Both the position numbers and the translations under genes were made by a program. A stretch of DNA of 32,000 bases from Pseudidiomarina andamanensis (GTDB lineage: Bacteria > Pseudomonadota > Gammaproteobacteria > Enterobacterales > Alteromonadaceae), in NCBI RefSeq assembly GCF_009734345.1, contig NZ_CP032551.1, forward strand, positions 1,230,001-1,262,000, written 5' to 3'. The notes beneath the pieces were generated by a model. It had not been told where the DNA came from, ran no database searches, and saw only the letters and a list, made by a program, of their open reading frames with translations. How positions within the stretch are numbered: the stretch's first letter is position 1; each line of letters starts with the position of its first letter. Shown in pieces: positions 1 through 8,955 of the stretch.

Positions 1-2
1 GT

Positions 3-98
3 GAAGTTCGTAAAGGCCACATCGCACCACGTGAAGGTGTGAAGTGGACTGACTATTACGAGAAGTGTTTGGCGGGTAGCACCTACTTAAAGGTGTAA
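3..98 (+). CDS. 3' end of an unidentified CDS truncated by the window edge
   Basis: Frame 3 is open from the window edge (EVRKGHIAPREGVKWTDYYEKCLAGSTYLKV) to TAA at 96-98. No family can be recognised from 31 residues. Confidence 0.35.
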   Translation, partial: EVRKGHIAPREGVKWTDYYEKCLAGSTYLKV

Positions 99-164
99 AA
101 CCAACCAAATTGCGTATTTACTGAGCAAACGGTCTGAATTCACCGATTTTCCTTAAAAAAGCGG

Positions 165-200
165 TTGACTCAGACCCGAAAAACTCGTTTAATACGCCCC
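165..200 (+). promoter_or_regulatory. sigma70-type promoter of tRNA-Phe with a GC-rich discriminator
   Basis: TTGACT (165-170), a 17-nt spacer, then TTTAAT (188-193), followed by ACGCCCC just before the tRNA 5' end at 204. A GC-rich discriminator is typical of stringently controlled stable-RNA promoters. Confidence 0.55.
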
Positions 201-203
201 GAC

Positions 204-279
204 GCCCAGATAGCTCAGTCGGTAGAGCAGGGGATTGAAAATCCCCGTGTCGGTGGTTCGATTCCGCCTCTGGGCACCA
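204..279 (+). tRNA. pheV: tRNA-Phe (anticodon GAA)
   Basis: The 76-nt sequence GCCCAGATAGCTCAGTCGGTAGAGCAGGGGATTGAAAATCCCCGTGTCGGTGGTTCGATTCCGCCTCTGGGCACCA is near-identical to enterobacterial tRNA-Phe. It has a cloverleaf, a GAA anticodon loop and an encoded CCA. Confidence 0.97.
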
Positions 280-286
280 TTATTCG

Positions 287-318
287 AAAAGCCTCGCAAG
301 AAATTGCGAGGCTTTTTT
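287..318 (+). terminator. rho-independent terminator after tRNA-Phe
   Basis: A 9-bp stem, GCCTCGCAA (291-299) / TTGCGAGGC (304-312), with a GAAA loop, followed by TTTTTT (313-318). Confidence 0.8.
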
Positions 319-358
319 CGTTCTGGCGCTGTACCAGATTTGTACCAGCAACAAACAC

Positions 359-383
359 AAAAAAAGGGCGCATCCTGCGCCCC
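359..383 (-). terminator. rho-independent terminator of the TonB-dependent receptor gene
   Basis: The minus strand reads GGGCGCA-GGA-TGCGCCC followed by TTTTTTT. It lies 28 nt downstream of the stop at 411. Confidence 0.65.
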
Positions 384-410
384 TCTCCTTTCGTCATTCT
401 GTGCTGCGAA

Positions 411-3128
411 TTAGAACTCGTAGCTGTAGCTTAAGCTGAACACTTGCCCTACTTCACGGGTTTGTACAATTACGTCAGACTGCGTCACTTCTTGGTCTTC
501 GCCAAGCAAGTTCTGCACTTTGAAACTAATTTTCGAGTTAAAGTCTGGGTAATAGTTGTAAACCAAATCAAGTGAGTGGAACGGTTGCTCGTAAGCATCA
601 CCACGACCACCGATACCAGCGGCCAAGATGCGCTCACCAAACACGTTGTACACTAGCGAGCTTGAGTGATTGCCATTCAGCGAGTCGTAGCCTAACTGAA
701 AGTTAGCAACGTACTTTGAATGGCCTGTCATGCGCTTGGTTGGGTTGGTTAAGTTACCCGCTAGCGCTGGGTCAATCACTGCTTCTGAGTCACTTAAGGT
801 TAGGTTACCAGCGGTGAAGAAGCCGTCAGCCAGATAAGCAAGGTCATGTAACCACTCGAATTCCACGCCGTATACTTCAGCTGAAATACCGTTCACGTAG
901 TTCAACGTGTACTCTTCGTCACCAACACTTAGTACTGACTCAATTGGCTTTTCAATATCCTTGTAGAAAGCCGAGACGGTATAGTTATCACCGTTGCCAG
1001 CAAAGTACTCGAAACGCGCGTCTAAGTTCATCATTGGGCTGCTTTCAAGGCCCGCACGACCGATAGTACGAATGTCGGTAATTGGGTCGTAGTAAGCAAC
1101 TGGCACCGTTTCACGAATATCAGGGCGAACAACCGTTTCAGAGAAACCAAAACGTAATTGGTAATTATCGTCGCTGATATAAGTTAATGACAATGCTGGG
1201 TAGAAGTCATCTTCCACGGTTGTACCGTTTAGAATACGCTCGAGCGAGTAGAAGGTTTCCAGATCTTCACGCGTGAAAATCAAGCTTGAAGTAGCCAATG
1301 ACACTTGCTTGAACTCTTCCCAACGCACACCACCAGCTAAACGCCAGCTGTTAGTCAGGAATGCATCAAACGAGCCGTAAAACGCATCGATTTTCTGCAC
1401 CGCCATGTAATCATCGGCATCTGGTGACGTTGGCTCACGGTAAGACAACAAAAAGTTGTTCTCAGCAATGCGCTCGTCAGTCAGATAATCGGTGACGCCC
1501 AACACGTCATTCGCATCTTCGTTAACGGTAACACGCAAACCTGAACCGTTATCCATAGCAAAGCGATCAGTGGTGTAATAACGTGCTTTATCGGTGAAGT
1601 CGTAGCCCGCTTTCAATTCGACATCCATGCCGGCGAAATTAGTTGGTAAGCTAAAGTTACCGCTGTACGATTTCACGTTGTCTTGCATATCCACGTACTG
1701 ATATACCGCACGGTTATCATCACCGGTGACAACCGTGGCTAAGTATTCACCCTGGCTGCCGTACAAATCATCGAAACGATACGAATTATCCGTTGGAATA
1801 TCTGTTTGCGCTTCAGATTCAGTGTACTGCCAATCAAAGCCAATACCCCAGTAATCTAGGAAGGTATGCTGACCACGAATTTGGTCGATATCGAGCGTGC
1901 GCTCTTCGTACTTAAATTCGTGTTCGCGGTTCGCCAAGCCAGAACCAAAGATAGTTTTTAAGTTACTACCATTTGGACTTTGCATGATGCCGAACTCAGA
2001 CTCATCTTCAGAATCAGTCAAATACAACTTGGTATAGCTGACACTGTGCGTATCAAGCTCATAGCCGACACTAAACACACCGTTTAAACGCTCTGTTTCG
2101 GTGGTCAGCGTGGTTTCACTTAACGTGTTGTAGCACGAGTTCGAAACTTCTTCGGCACTGTTCAGTGTGGTCGCACAGCCTTCAGTGGCGTTCTCACTCA
2201 GTACTGCGTTAGTGCGCTCAGACACATCCCACTTGGTGTCGTAGGCGCCAGCCAGTAAGAAGCCGATGCTGCCGCCGAAGTATTCTTCGTCGAAGCTGTT
2301 ACCAATACTAGCTTTAATGCTGTAATTCGGATCTAACGAGTCTTCTTGCAACGCGACATCGCGCGGCAACGATTGCGCTAACTGTGCATTAATAGCACGC
2401 GCTTGTTCACTTGCTGTACCCGTTTCGTTATCAACGAGACCTTCGCGCCCCACAATGTTACGCAGACTAAAATCACCACGATATTTCACAATAGCTTCGC
2501 GAATATTTTGTGGTACGCCAGCTTCGTTACGACTGTAGGTATAACCATCAGAAGCATTGGTGTTTTGACCGATACCAACCTCAAGATTCACTTGGAAATC
2601 AGACGGTAATGATTTGGTACGGATATCAATATTACCGCCACCAAAGGCTGCAGGCATGGCAGGCGAGAATACTTTCTGTACCGCTAAGCTCTCGATAATG
2701 GTTGAGGGAATAATATCGAGTGGAATAACGTTACGGGTTAAGTCAGGGCTAGGAATGCTTGCGCCGTTTAATCGTGCGCTTGAATAACGCTCACCTAAAC
2801 CACGAACATAAACATATTTACCGTCAACAAGGGTCAAACCTGTGACACGACGTAATGCCGAAGCTGCATCGCTATCGCCGGTTCTTGATAACTGTTCAGC
2901 ACCAAGAATATCTGCTACGAAGGCTTGGTTTTTACGCTCATCAACAACAGCGGCAGCGCTGCCTTGTAAACGGGTACCGGTGGTTACAACTTCTTCAATC
3001 GTGGTATCAGCCGCGGTTTCGGTAGTTGTTTGCTCGGTTTCTTGCTGCTGCGCGTACGCCTGACCACTCGCAAGAAGGGCAATACTGACCGCTAGGGCTA
3101 GCGGCTTGAGTTTATAATTGGTGCTCAT
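411..3128 (-). CDS. TonB-dependent outer-membrane receptor (non-siderophore, nutrient-type subfamily)
   Basis: Start moved to ATG 3128 (MSTNYKLKPLALAVSIALLASGQAYA signal peptide, AGGAG 6 nt upstream). It has the TonB-box-like IEEVVTTGTR, the plug motif YVYVRGLGERYSSARLNG and a C-terminal ...SYSYEF aromatic end. Confidence 0.9.
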   Translation of the reverse strand: MSTNYKLKPLALAVSIALLASGQAYAQQQETEQTTTETAADTTIEEVVTTGTRLQGSAAAVVDERKNQAFVADILGAEQLSRTGDSDAASALRRVTGLTLVDGKYVYVRGLGERYSSARLNGASIPSPDLTRNVIPLDIIPSTIIESLAVQKVFSPAMPAAFGGGNIDIRTKSLPSDFQVNLEVGIGQNTNASDGYTYSRNEAGVPQNIREAIVKYRGDFSLRNIVGREGLVDNETGTASEQARAINAQLAQSLPRDVALQEDSLDPNYSIKASIGNSFDEEYFGGSIGFLLAGAYDTKWDVSERTNAVLSENATEGCATTLNSAEEVSNSCYNTLSETTLTTETERLNGVFSVGYELDTHSVSYTKLYLTDSEDESEFGIMQSPNGSNLKTIFGSGLANREHEFKYEERTLDIDQIRGQHTFLDYWGIGFDWQYTESEAQTDIPTDNSYRFDDLYGSQGEYLATVVTGDDNRAVYQYVDMQDNVKSYSGNFSLPTNFAGMDVELKAGYDFTDKARYYTTDRFAMDNGSGLRVTVNEDANDVLGVTDYLTDERIAENNFLLSYREPTSPDADDYMAVQKIDAFYGSFDAFLTNSWRLAGGVRWEEFKQVSLATSSLIFTREDLETFYSLERILNGTTVEDDFYPALSLTYISDDNYQLRFGFSETVVRPDIRETVPVAYYDPITDIRTIGRAGLESSPMMNLDARFEYFAGNGDNYTVSAFYKDIEKPIESVLSVGDEEYTLNYVNGISAEVYGVEFEWLHDLAYLADGFFTAGNLTLSDSEAVIDPALAGNLTNPTKRMTGHSKYVANFQLGYDSLNGNHSSSLVYNVFGERILAAGIGGRGDAYEQPFHSLDLVYNYYPDFNSKISFKVQNLLGEDQEVTQSDVIVQTREVGQVFSLSYSYEF

Positions 3129-3205
3129 CGTCAACTCCTGCGTTATCGGTAATAGCAGGCGTGCCATAAGCACGCCTGCCATAAATTGCTATGCAACAAG
3201 TTTTC

Positions 3206-4792
3206 TTAGTCTTGTTCTGCAGCAGTTAACGCAGCTTCAACCCACTGATACCATTCAGAAGAAGTGTCTGTGCTTGAAACCGCACCTACGTAGTCAACCG
3301 CTTCAAAGAAGCTGTTACCTAAACCACTCAGGTCGTTCGCAGTCACTGTGATATCAGCTGATGACATGTCAGTTGCGAAACCGTCTGAGCCAAATACTGT
3401 TGCGTTACCGCCAAGGCGCGCGTTCACACCACCGTTGTCGAACCATTCTTGACGGCTAGTACCGTCACTGAATAATGCTGCTGACGTGAATTCGTTTTCA
3501 GCAACACAAGCCATCGCTGAGTTGAAGAAGTTCAAATCACCAGCAGTAACACCTAACTCGCCATCACCAGTAAACAAGATGCAGCGGGTATCGTTGGTCG
3601 CAACGTCAGTTTTCACCAATAAGAAGTTATAAAGCTGACCTTGGAAGTTGTCGTCAAACTTCATTGCAGTTGATGGATCGTTGTCACGCGTTGATAAACC
3701 GTCAGTGGTGACAACAGTCACGTTGGCAATGTTTGGACGTGAGGTTGGAGCTTGTGAGTATTCAGCGCCTGAGTTTTTCTCACCGTCAGCTTCGAAGCCG
3801 CCGTTACCCATGAATACGTCAGTTCCGTCAACGTTGACAGTACCGTGTTTAATGTACAAGAACTGTGCATTACCTTGCCAGCCAGCATCGATATCCATTG
3901 AGTCATCTTGGGTGTCAGTGAATACAACGCGTTTCAGGTTTGCTGCGCCACCGAAGAACTCGATACCGTCATCGTAACCTTGGTGAATGTGGATGTACTC
4001 GTAAGAAGAGCCTGAACCTACAGCGTTCAAGGTTAATGAGTTCAAGTCATCACCATCGCCGCCAGCACGTGGGCCTGAACCTGCGTACCAGATTTTTGCA
4101 TAGGCCATAGAGCCGCTGTCATCAGCGTTATCATTACCGCCGTAGTAGCTTACGATACCTTCAGATGCCACGTTACAAGTGCCAGCATCACGCTGTGCAT
4201 CAGTACATTGGTTGGTAATACCTTCACCGTTGATAATAATACCGCCCCAATCCGCAAAACGCGGGCCGTTACCAACCACGTCAAAGCGTGTAAACGCATT
4301 TGCAGAGGTGAAAGTTACCGGCTTATCGAACGTACCAATTGCATTTAATTTTGCGCCTCGAGCAACACGAATGATGGCTTCACCGCTAGTGAATGCCAAC
4401 GTTGCACCTGGCTCAACAGTCATTACTGGGCCATCTTGGTTGATAGTGCATGAGGTGGTGGTGTCACAATCTTCACCAATCAATAATGCGCCATCAAATA
4501 CGTGTACACCACCATCTGGCAATTCAGCGAAGGTAATATCTTCGGTAATTTCAATGTTACGGCTCGCAAACTCAAGGTTGTATTCGCAATCGCGACCATC
4601 AAATGCACCTTGAACACCGTTATAAGTTGCACAAAGGTTATCGTTGCCAGTGCCACCGGTATCGCCACCTGAGCCATTATTCACGACGCTGTTGTCATTC
4701 ACTGTTGGGGTAATTTCGATATCGCCACCACAACCGGCCAATGCCAATGCTGAAGCAACCGCGGTAACTTGGAAAAGAGTTTGCAATTTCAT
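3206..4792 (-). CDS. surface/periplasmic lipoprotein of unknown function, Gly/Asp-rich and possibly a parallel beta-helix, co-transcribed with the TonB receptor
   Basis: Lipobox LALAGC at residues 17-21 and AGGAGA upstream of the ATG. It lies 77 bp upstream of the receptor on the same strand. Repetitive G/D/N-rich segments (GGIIINGEG, DDGIEFFGG, QDDSMDIDAG) suggest a beta-helix, but the fold is only inferred. Confidence 0.7.
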   Translation of the reverse strand: MKLQTLFQVTAVASALALAGCGGDIEITPTVNDNSVVNNGSGGDTGGTGNDNLCATYNGVQGAFDGRDCEYNLEFASRNIEITEDITFAELPDGGVHVFDGALLIGEDCDTTTSCTINQDGPVMTVEPGATLAFTSGEAIIRVARGAKLNAIGTFDKPVTFTSANAFTRFDVVGNGPRFADWGGIIINGEGITNQCTDAQRDAGTCNVASEGIVSYYGGNDNADDSGSMAYAKIWYAGSGPRAGGDGDDLNSLTLNAVGSGSSYEYIHIHQGYDDGIEFFGGAANLKRVVFTDTQDDSMDIDAGWQGNAQFLYIKHGTVNVDGTDVFMGNGGFEADGEKNSGAEYSQAPTSRPNIANVTVVTTDGLSTRDNDPSTAMKFDDNFQGQLYNFLLVKTDVATNDTRCILFTGDGELGVTAGDLNFFNSAMACVAENEFTSAALFSDGTSRQEWFDNGGVNARLGGNATVFGSDGFATDMSSADITVTANDLSGLGNSFFEAVDYVGAVSSTDTSSEWYQWVEAALTAAEQD

Positions 4793-4855
4793 TGTGTTCT
4801 CCTGGAAAGGAACGAATGTAAGTAATTAAACGACGCAGGCAGATTAGTGAGATGG

Positions 4856-4889
4856 CATGACAAATTTGTGACAAATTCGTTTTGTCATG
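4856..4889. promoter_or_regulatory. candidate operator upstream of the lipoprotein/TonB-receptor operon
   Basis: A perfect 9-bp inverted repeat, CATGACAAA (4856-4864) / TTTGTCATG (4881-4889), enclosing a third TGACAAA copy (4868-4874). It lies 65-95 nt upstream of the ATG at 4792. Confidence 0.35.
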
Positions 4890-5028
4890 AAAGATTCATT
4901 GAACCGAAACAGAACTGTCACGGTAAAAATAAAGAAAGAAACACAATGTTTTGTTTAAGAATGTGGAGCACCAACACCGCGAGTGCTACATTGATAACGA
5001 GCAGTAAATAAAATGAGGTAATTATAAC

Positions 5029-6309
5029 GTGCGCTATTTCATTGCTATTGCGGTTGCCATATTGGCCCTGTTGCTGTGGTTTGCACCGGCCGATTCTCAA
5101 ATACGCCTCATTACGTTAAGCAAATCTGATCTTGGATGGACAGTCACGTACCAGCTAAACGAGCCGGTAACGCAATTAGAATTTGTACGCTCACCCAATG
5201 AATCACGCGCTGCTCGCTGGCAACCATTAACCGAGAATATCGAAATTGCTTGGCGTAACGGCTCTGAAGTTATCCGTAGTAAAAATGGCGAAGCGTTTTC
5301 AGAAGCTGCCTTCATTCTTGATGCAACCTACACCACCCTACCCAAAGATTATGCGCCGTTTTCACCCTTTAGTGACGGTGGCATGCTCATTCATACTGCA
5401 CGCTTTTTTGCATGCGCCGACCAGTGTGGTGCAGCCCATCATGAATGGCCGATGGCGGTCAGCTTGACCACAAATGACTATATGTTGGTTGATGGCCAAT
5501 TACGGCTTGGTTTCCATGAGTGGCTCGATAGAGACAGCGGCCGTGCCATTTATATTGGCTCACAACCTCCGGAAACCTTTTCCGCACTGGTTGCGATTAT
5601 CGATCCTGCACTGCCATCTTCATTGCGTCAGGATATGATCACCGAGTTACCGATGATCATGAGTTACTACACCAAACAACTGGGTGCGCTTTCGCAAACG
5701 CCAACCTTGTTCGCCTCATACAGTGATTTTCAGGGAGATTATTACGGGCACCAAGGCGGTGTTCTGCCGCATCAGGTATTTATGCATTGGTATGGCGAGC
5801 AAGCCCTGAAAAACGTTGATGAGCAGAATACGCTTTGGTTCTTTGCCCACGAGATTGCACATTTGTTTCAAGGTGCAGGGTTAAAATACTCAAGCTCAGA
5901 TGAAGCCTGGATTCATGAAGGCGCTGCTGAATTAATGTCGTACCTCTATACCGATACGAAGCTAGCGAAAAGCAATCAACTCGTCCAAGATGCCGTGCGC
6001 AAAGCACAAACCGAATGCGTTGCGTCATGGCCGGCAAGCGAACCTTTTATTAATGTCGGTCGCGTAAACTTTAGAGCACACTACAGCTGTGGCTTGGTCG
6101 CCAACGCTGATCTTCATGCGCAATTACAAGCCAATGGTGTTGGAGCTGGTATTTTTGCACTGTGGGAAACCTACTCAACCATGGTAAGCGACGGTGCGCC
6201 GGCTAACTCCGAGACTTATTTTGCCGCTTTCGAGCAGCTAACGGGTTACGCCTCAATGTCGCTTCGACAATTGATTGATCGGCCAGTATCTGCTTCTATA
6301 GCTCCCTAA
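5029..6309 (+). CDS. secreted or membrane-anchored gluzincin-type zinc metallopeptidase (HExxH-x18-E)
   Basis: GTG start with a hydrophobic N-terminus (MRYFIAIAVAILALLLWFAPADSQ). HEIAHLFQGAGLKYSSSDEAWIHEGAAE matches the M1/MA-clan spacing HExxH + 18 residues + E. Confidence 0.6.
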   Translation: MRYFIAIAVAILALLLWFAPADSQIRLITLSKSDLGWTVTYQLNEPVTQLEFVRSPNESRAARWQPLTENIEIAWRNGSEVIRSKNGEAFSEAAFILDATYTTLPKDYAPFSPFSDGGMLIHTARFFACADQCGAAHHEWPMAVSLTTNDYMLVDGQLRLGFHEWLDRDSGRAIYIGSQPPETFSALVAIIDPALPSSLRQDMITELPMIMSYYTKQLGALSQTPTLFASYSDFQGDYYGHQGGVLPHQVFMHWYGEQALKNVDEQNTLWFFAHEIAHLFQGAGLKYSSSDEAWIHEGAAELMSYLYTDTKLAKSNQLVQDAVRKAQTECVASWPASEPFINVGRVNFRAHYSCGLVANADLHAQLQANGVGAGIFALWETYSTMVSDGAPANSETYFAAFEQLTGYASMSLRQLIDRPVSASIAP

Positions 6310-6333
6310 ATTAAAATTACTCAGGAATTTCAT

Positions 6334-7125
6334 ATGAAACCGCAGCGAATTTTTATCACTGGCGGCGCCAGCGGCCTTGGTTTTGCGCTTGCCCAAATCT
6401 GTGCCAAAGGCGGTTGGCGTGTATGTATTGGTGACCGTGATATTGAGCGCGGTGAAGCGGTCATTGGCAGTCTGCAGAAGTTTCAACACCAAGCCATGTT
6501 CATGCCTTGCGACGTTACCCGTGTGAGCGATATCGAACAGGTTGCCAAGAAACTGGACGACGAATGGGGTGGTGTTGATGTGGTCGTCAACAATGCGGGT
6601 GTAGCGCAAGTGGGTCAGCTGGCTCAAACCACATTGAATGATTGGCAGTGGATCATCGATATCAATTTATTAGGCGTGGTGCGCGGTTGTAAGGTATTCA
6701 CGCCAATGTTCAAACGCCAAGGGCATGGTCATTTTGTCAACGTGGCATCAATGGCCGGGTTACTTGATGTGCCAAACATGAGCGCTTATAACGCGACCAA
6801 GGCGGCGGTGGTTAGCCTGTCTGAAACGCTGCAAAACGAACTGAAAAAAGACAATATTCATGTCACCGTAGTATGCCCAAGTTTCTTCAAAACCAATTTG
6901 GGTCAGGGCATGCGTACCTCGATTGATGGCATGGAACAAAAGCTCGACAAGCTCATGCGCTCAAGTAAATTAAACGCCGTTGATATTGCACGCATGATTA
7001 TGAAAGCCGTAGAGAAGAAGAAAACCCACGTACTGCCGCATCGCCAAGGCCGAATGGCGTGGTACATGAAGCGATTTTTGCCACGAAGTTGGTACCAAAA
7101 ATTGCTCTATTCACGTATGAAATAG
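6334..7125 (+). CDS. short-chain dehydrogenase/reductase (SDR) family oxidoreductase
   Basis: TGGASGLG cofactor motif, NNAG, and the catalytic S...YNATK (YxxxK). AGGAA lies upstream of the ATG. Confidence 0.85.
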   Translation: MKPQRIFITGGASGLGFALAQICAKGGWRVCIGDRDIERGEAVIGSLQKFQHQAMFMPCDVTRVSDIEQVAKKLDDEWGGVDVVVNNAGVAQVGQLAQTTLNDWQWIIDINLLGVVRGCKVFTPMFKRQGHGHFVNVASMAGLLDVPNMSAYNATKAAVVSLSETLQNELKKDNIHVTVVCPSFFKTNLGQGMRTSIDGMEQKLDKLMRSSKLNAVDIARMIMKAVEKKKTHVLPHRQGRMAWYMKRFLPRSWYQKLLYSRMK

Positions 7126-7146
7126 TCAACACATCGGTTTTTATAT

Positions 7147-7176
7147 AACGCCCTCAGCCTGAGGGCGTATTTGTTT
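7147..7176 (+). terminator. rho-independent terminator after the SDR gene
   Basis: ACGCCCTCA-GCC-TGAGGGCGT hairpin (7148-7168) followed by ATTTGTTT. Confidence 0.7.
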
Positions 7177-7348
7177 AAATTTCATTCAAAACACCTTAAG
7201 TCACGCCCTGCTTCGCTAAATAGAACCGTTTAACTTTATTCTATATTCACAAGGTGAATGCCTGTAATGCACTTCATTCATTTGTTGTATTCAATCAATT
7301 CAGTCTAGCCTAGAGTTCGTTAACACACGAACAACAACTGGGTAAATT

Positions 7349-8926
7349 ATGAACGGACTAAAACTCCCAAAACTTGAGCAACCTGTAGCAGGTTTAATTG
7401 ATCAAAATTGCCAACAATTTTTGCTCGACTTGGTACGAAACTTCCGCCCGAAGCTTCAGCGGCTATTAGCCAATCGTCAGCAACGGCAACAGCAAATAGA
7501 CAATGGTGCGTTACCGGATTTTGCTCCAGAAACAAAATCGATTCGTGCCGGCGAATGGCGCGTCGCAAGGCTTCCGAAGGATTTAACCAAACGTCGTTTG
7601 GAAATTACTGGCCCGGTTGACCGCAAGATGGTGATCAATGCGCTTAATGCGAATGTTGATTGCTACATGGCTGACTTTGAAGATTCTCAGTCGCCAACAT
7701 GGGAAGGCGTCATTCAAGGCCAGATCAATTTGTTCGATGCCAATACTGGAAAAATGACGTACACCGACCCTACATCGAATAAGCGTTATCAACTCAATGA
7801 AAACCCTGCCCTTTTGATTGCTCGTGTTCGCGGTCTGCACCTGCCTGAGAAGCACGTTGAAATTGATAACGAGGTGATTCCGGGTTGCTTATTTGATTTT
7901 GCGCTTTATTTCTATCTTAACTATCAGCAACGTGTCGCTCGTGGCACCGGCGTCTATTACTACCTACCGAAACTCGAGCACAGCAGCGAAGCACAATGGT
8001 GGGCTGACGTCTTTACCTTCACCGAAGACTACTTTCAGCAATCACGCGGCACCATTCGTGCAACGGTGTTAATAGAAACCCTACCCGCCGTGTTCCAAAT
8101 GGACGAGATTTTATACGCCATGCGTGAGCACATTGTGGCGCTAAACTGTGGCCGCTGGGATTACATTTTTAGCTACATCAAAACGTTGAAAAACCATCCT
8201 GATCGGGTGCTTCCTGACCGACAGGTCGTCACCATGAACCAGCCATTCTTAAATGCCTATTCTCGGTTGTTAGTGAAAACCTGTCATAAGCGCGGCGCGC
8301 TAGCGATGGGTGGTATGGCTGCGTTTATCCCGAGCAAAGATCCAGCCGAAAACGCCACCATTCTCGCCAAAGTTAAAGCGGACAAAGAACTCGAACGCAA
8401 CAATGGTCACGACGGTACCTGGATTGCGCATCCGGGGCTTGCCGACACCGTCCGCGAGGTATTCGTTGCTGGGCTTGATGGGGATAACCAATTACATGTA
8501 TTGCGCGAAAACGATGCGCCAATAGTCGCTGCCGATCTGCTCGAACCGAGCTCCGGCGAACGTACTGAAGCGGGCATGCGCACCAATATTCGTGTGGCAC
8601 TGCAGTACATTGCCGCTTGGATATCGGGGAAAGGCTGTGTGCCCATTTACGGTCTTATGGAAGACGCCGCCACCGCCGAAATTTCACGCACCTCCATTTG
8701 GCAGTGGATTAAACACGGTAAAACCCTCGATAACGGCGAGGTCGTGACCAAAGATTTATTCCGAAATTACCTGCAACAAGAGGCTAGCGTGGTTCGTAAC
8801 GAAGTAGGCGAGCAACGCTGGGAAGCCGAGAATTTTCCTAAAGCCATGCGGTTGCTAGAAGACATCACCACCGCTGATGACCTGGTCGAGTTTCTTACCC
8901 TGCCAGGCTACGAACTTATTCAATAA
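7349..8926 (+). CDS. aceB: malate synthase A
   Basis: 525 aa. Family landmarks include LEITGP, DFEDS, YYYLPKLE, LNCGRWDYIFS, MGGMAAFIP and DGTWIAHPGL. Confidence 0.95.
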   Translation: MNGLKLPKLEQPVAGLIDQNCQQFLLDLVRNFRPKLQRLLANRQQRQQQIDNGALPDFAPETKSIRAGEWRVARLPKDLTKRRLEITGPVDRKMVINALNANVDCYMADFEDSQSPTWEGVIQGQINLFDANTGKMTYTDPTSNKRYQLNENPALLIARVRGLHLPEKHVEIDNEVIPGCLFDFALYFYLNYQQRVARGTGVYYYLPKLEHSSEAQWWADVFTFTEDYFQQSRGTIRATVLIETLPAVFQMDEILYAMREHIVALNCGRWDYIFSYIKTLKNHPDRVLPDRQVVTMNQPFLNAYSRLLVKTCHKRGALAMGGMAAFIPSKDPAENATILAKVKADKELERNNGHDGTWIAHPGLADTVREVFVAGLDGDNQLHVLRENDAPIVAADLLEPSSGERTEAGMRTNIRVALQYIAAWISGKGCVPIYGLMEDAATAEISRTSIWQWIKHGKTLDNGEVVTKDLFRNYLQQEASVVRNEVGEQRWEAENFPKAMRLLEDITTADDLVEFLTLPGYELIQ

Positions 8927-8955
8927 TAATTCCATAACTTAACAGGACAACAACC

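Noticed and set aside
204-320. tRNA-Phe as an integration hotspot for a genomic island.
   Set aside because: No integrase flanks it, and I saw no direct repeat of the tRNA 3' end elsewhere in the window. The adjacent genes look like ordinary chromosome.
165-434. An 89-aa plus-strand ORF and a 60-aa minus-strand ORF (215-397) in the supplied track.
   Set aside because: They run straight through tRNA-Phe and two terminators. They are explained entirely by those RNA features, so they are not coding.
3129-3182. N-terminal extensions of track ORFs: TonB receptor to 3182, S10 peptidase to 19635, NRAMP to 20965, GNAT fusion from 21023, TIMP-like to 26669 and BrnA to 28608.
   Set aside because: In each case a downstream ATG or GTG gives a proper signal peptide or family-typical N-terminus. 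For most of them (not the NRAMP start at 20929) there is also a good Shine-Dalgarno sequence. Several of the longer starts are TTG or GTG with no ribosome-binding site.
4865-4885. TGTGA within TTTGTGACAAATTCG as a CRP site.
   Set aside because: The TCACA half-site at the required 6-nt spacing is absent. The repeat unit is better described as TGACAAA.
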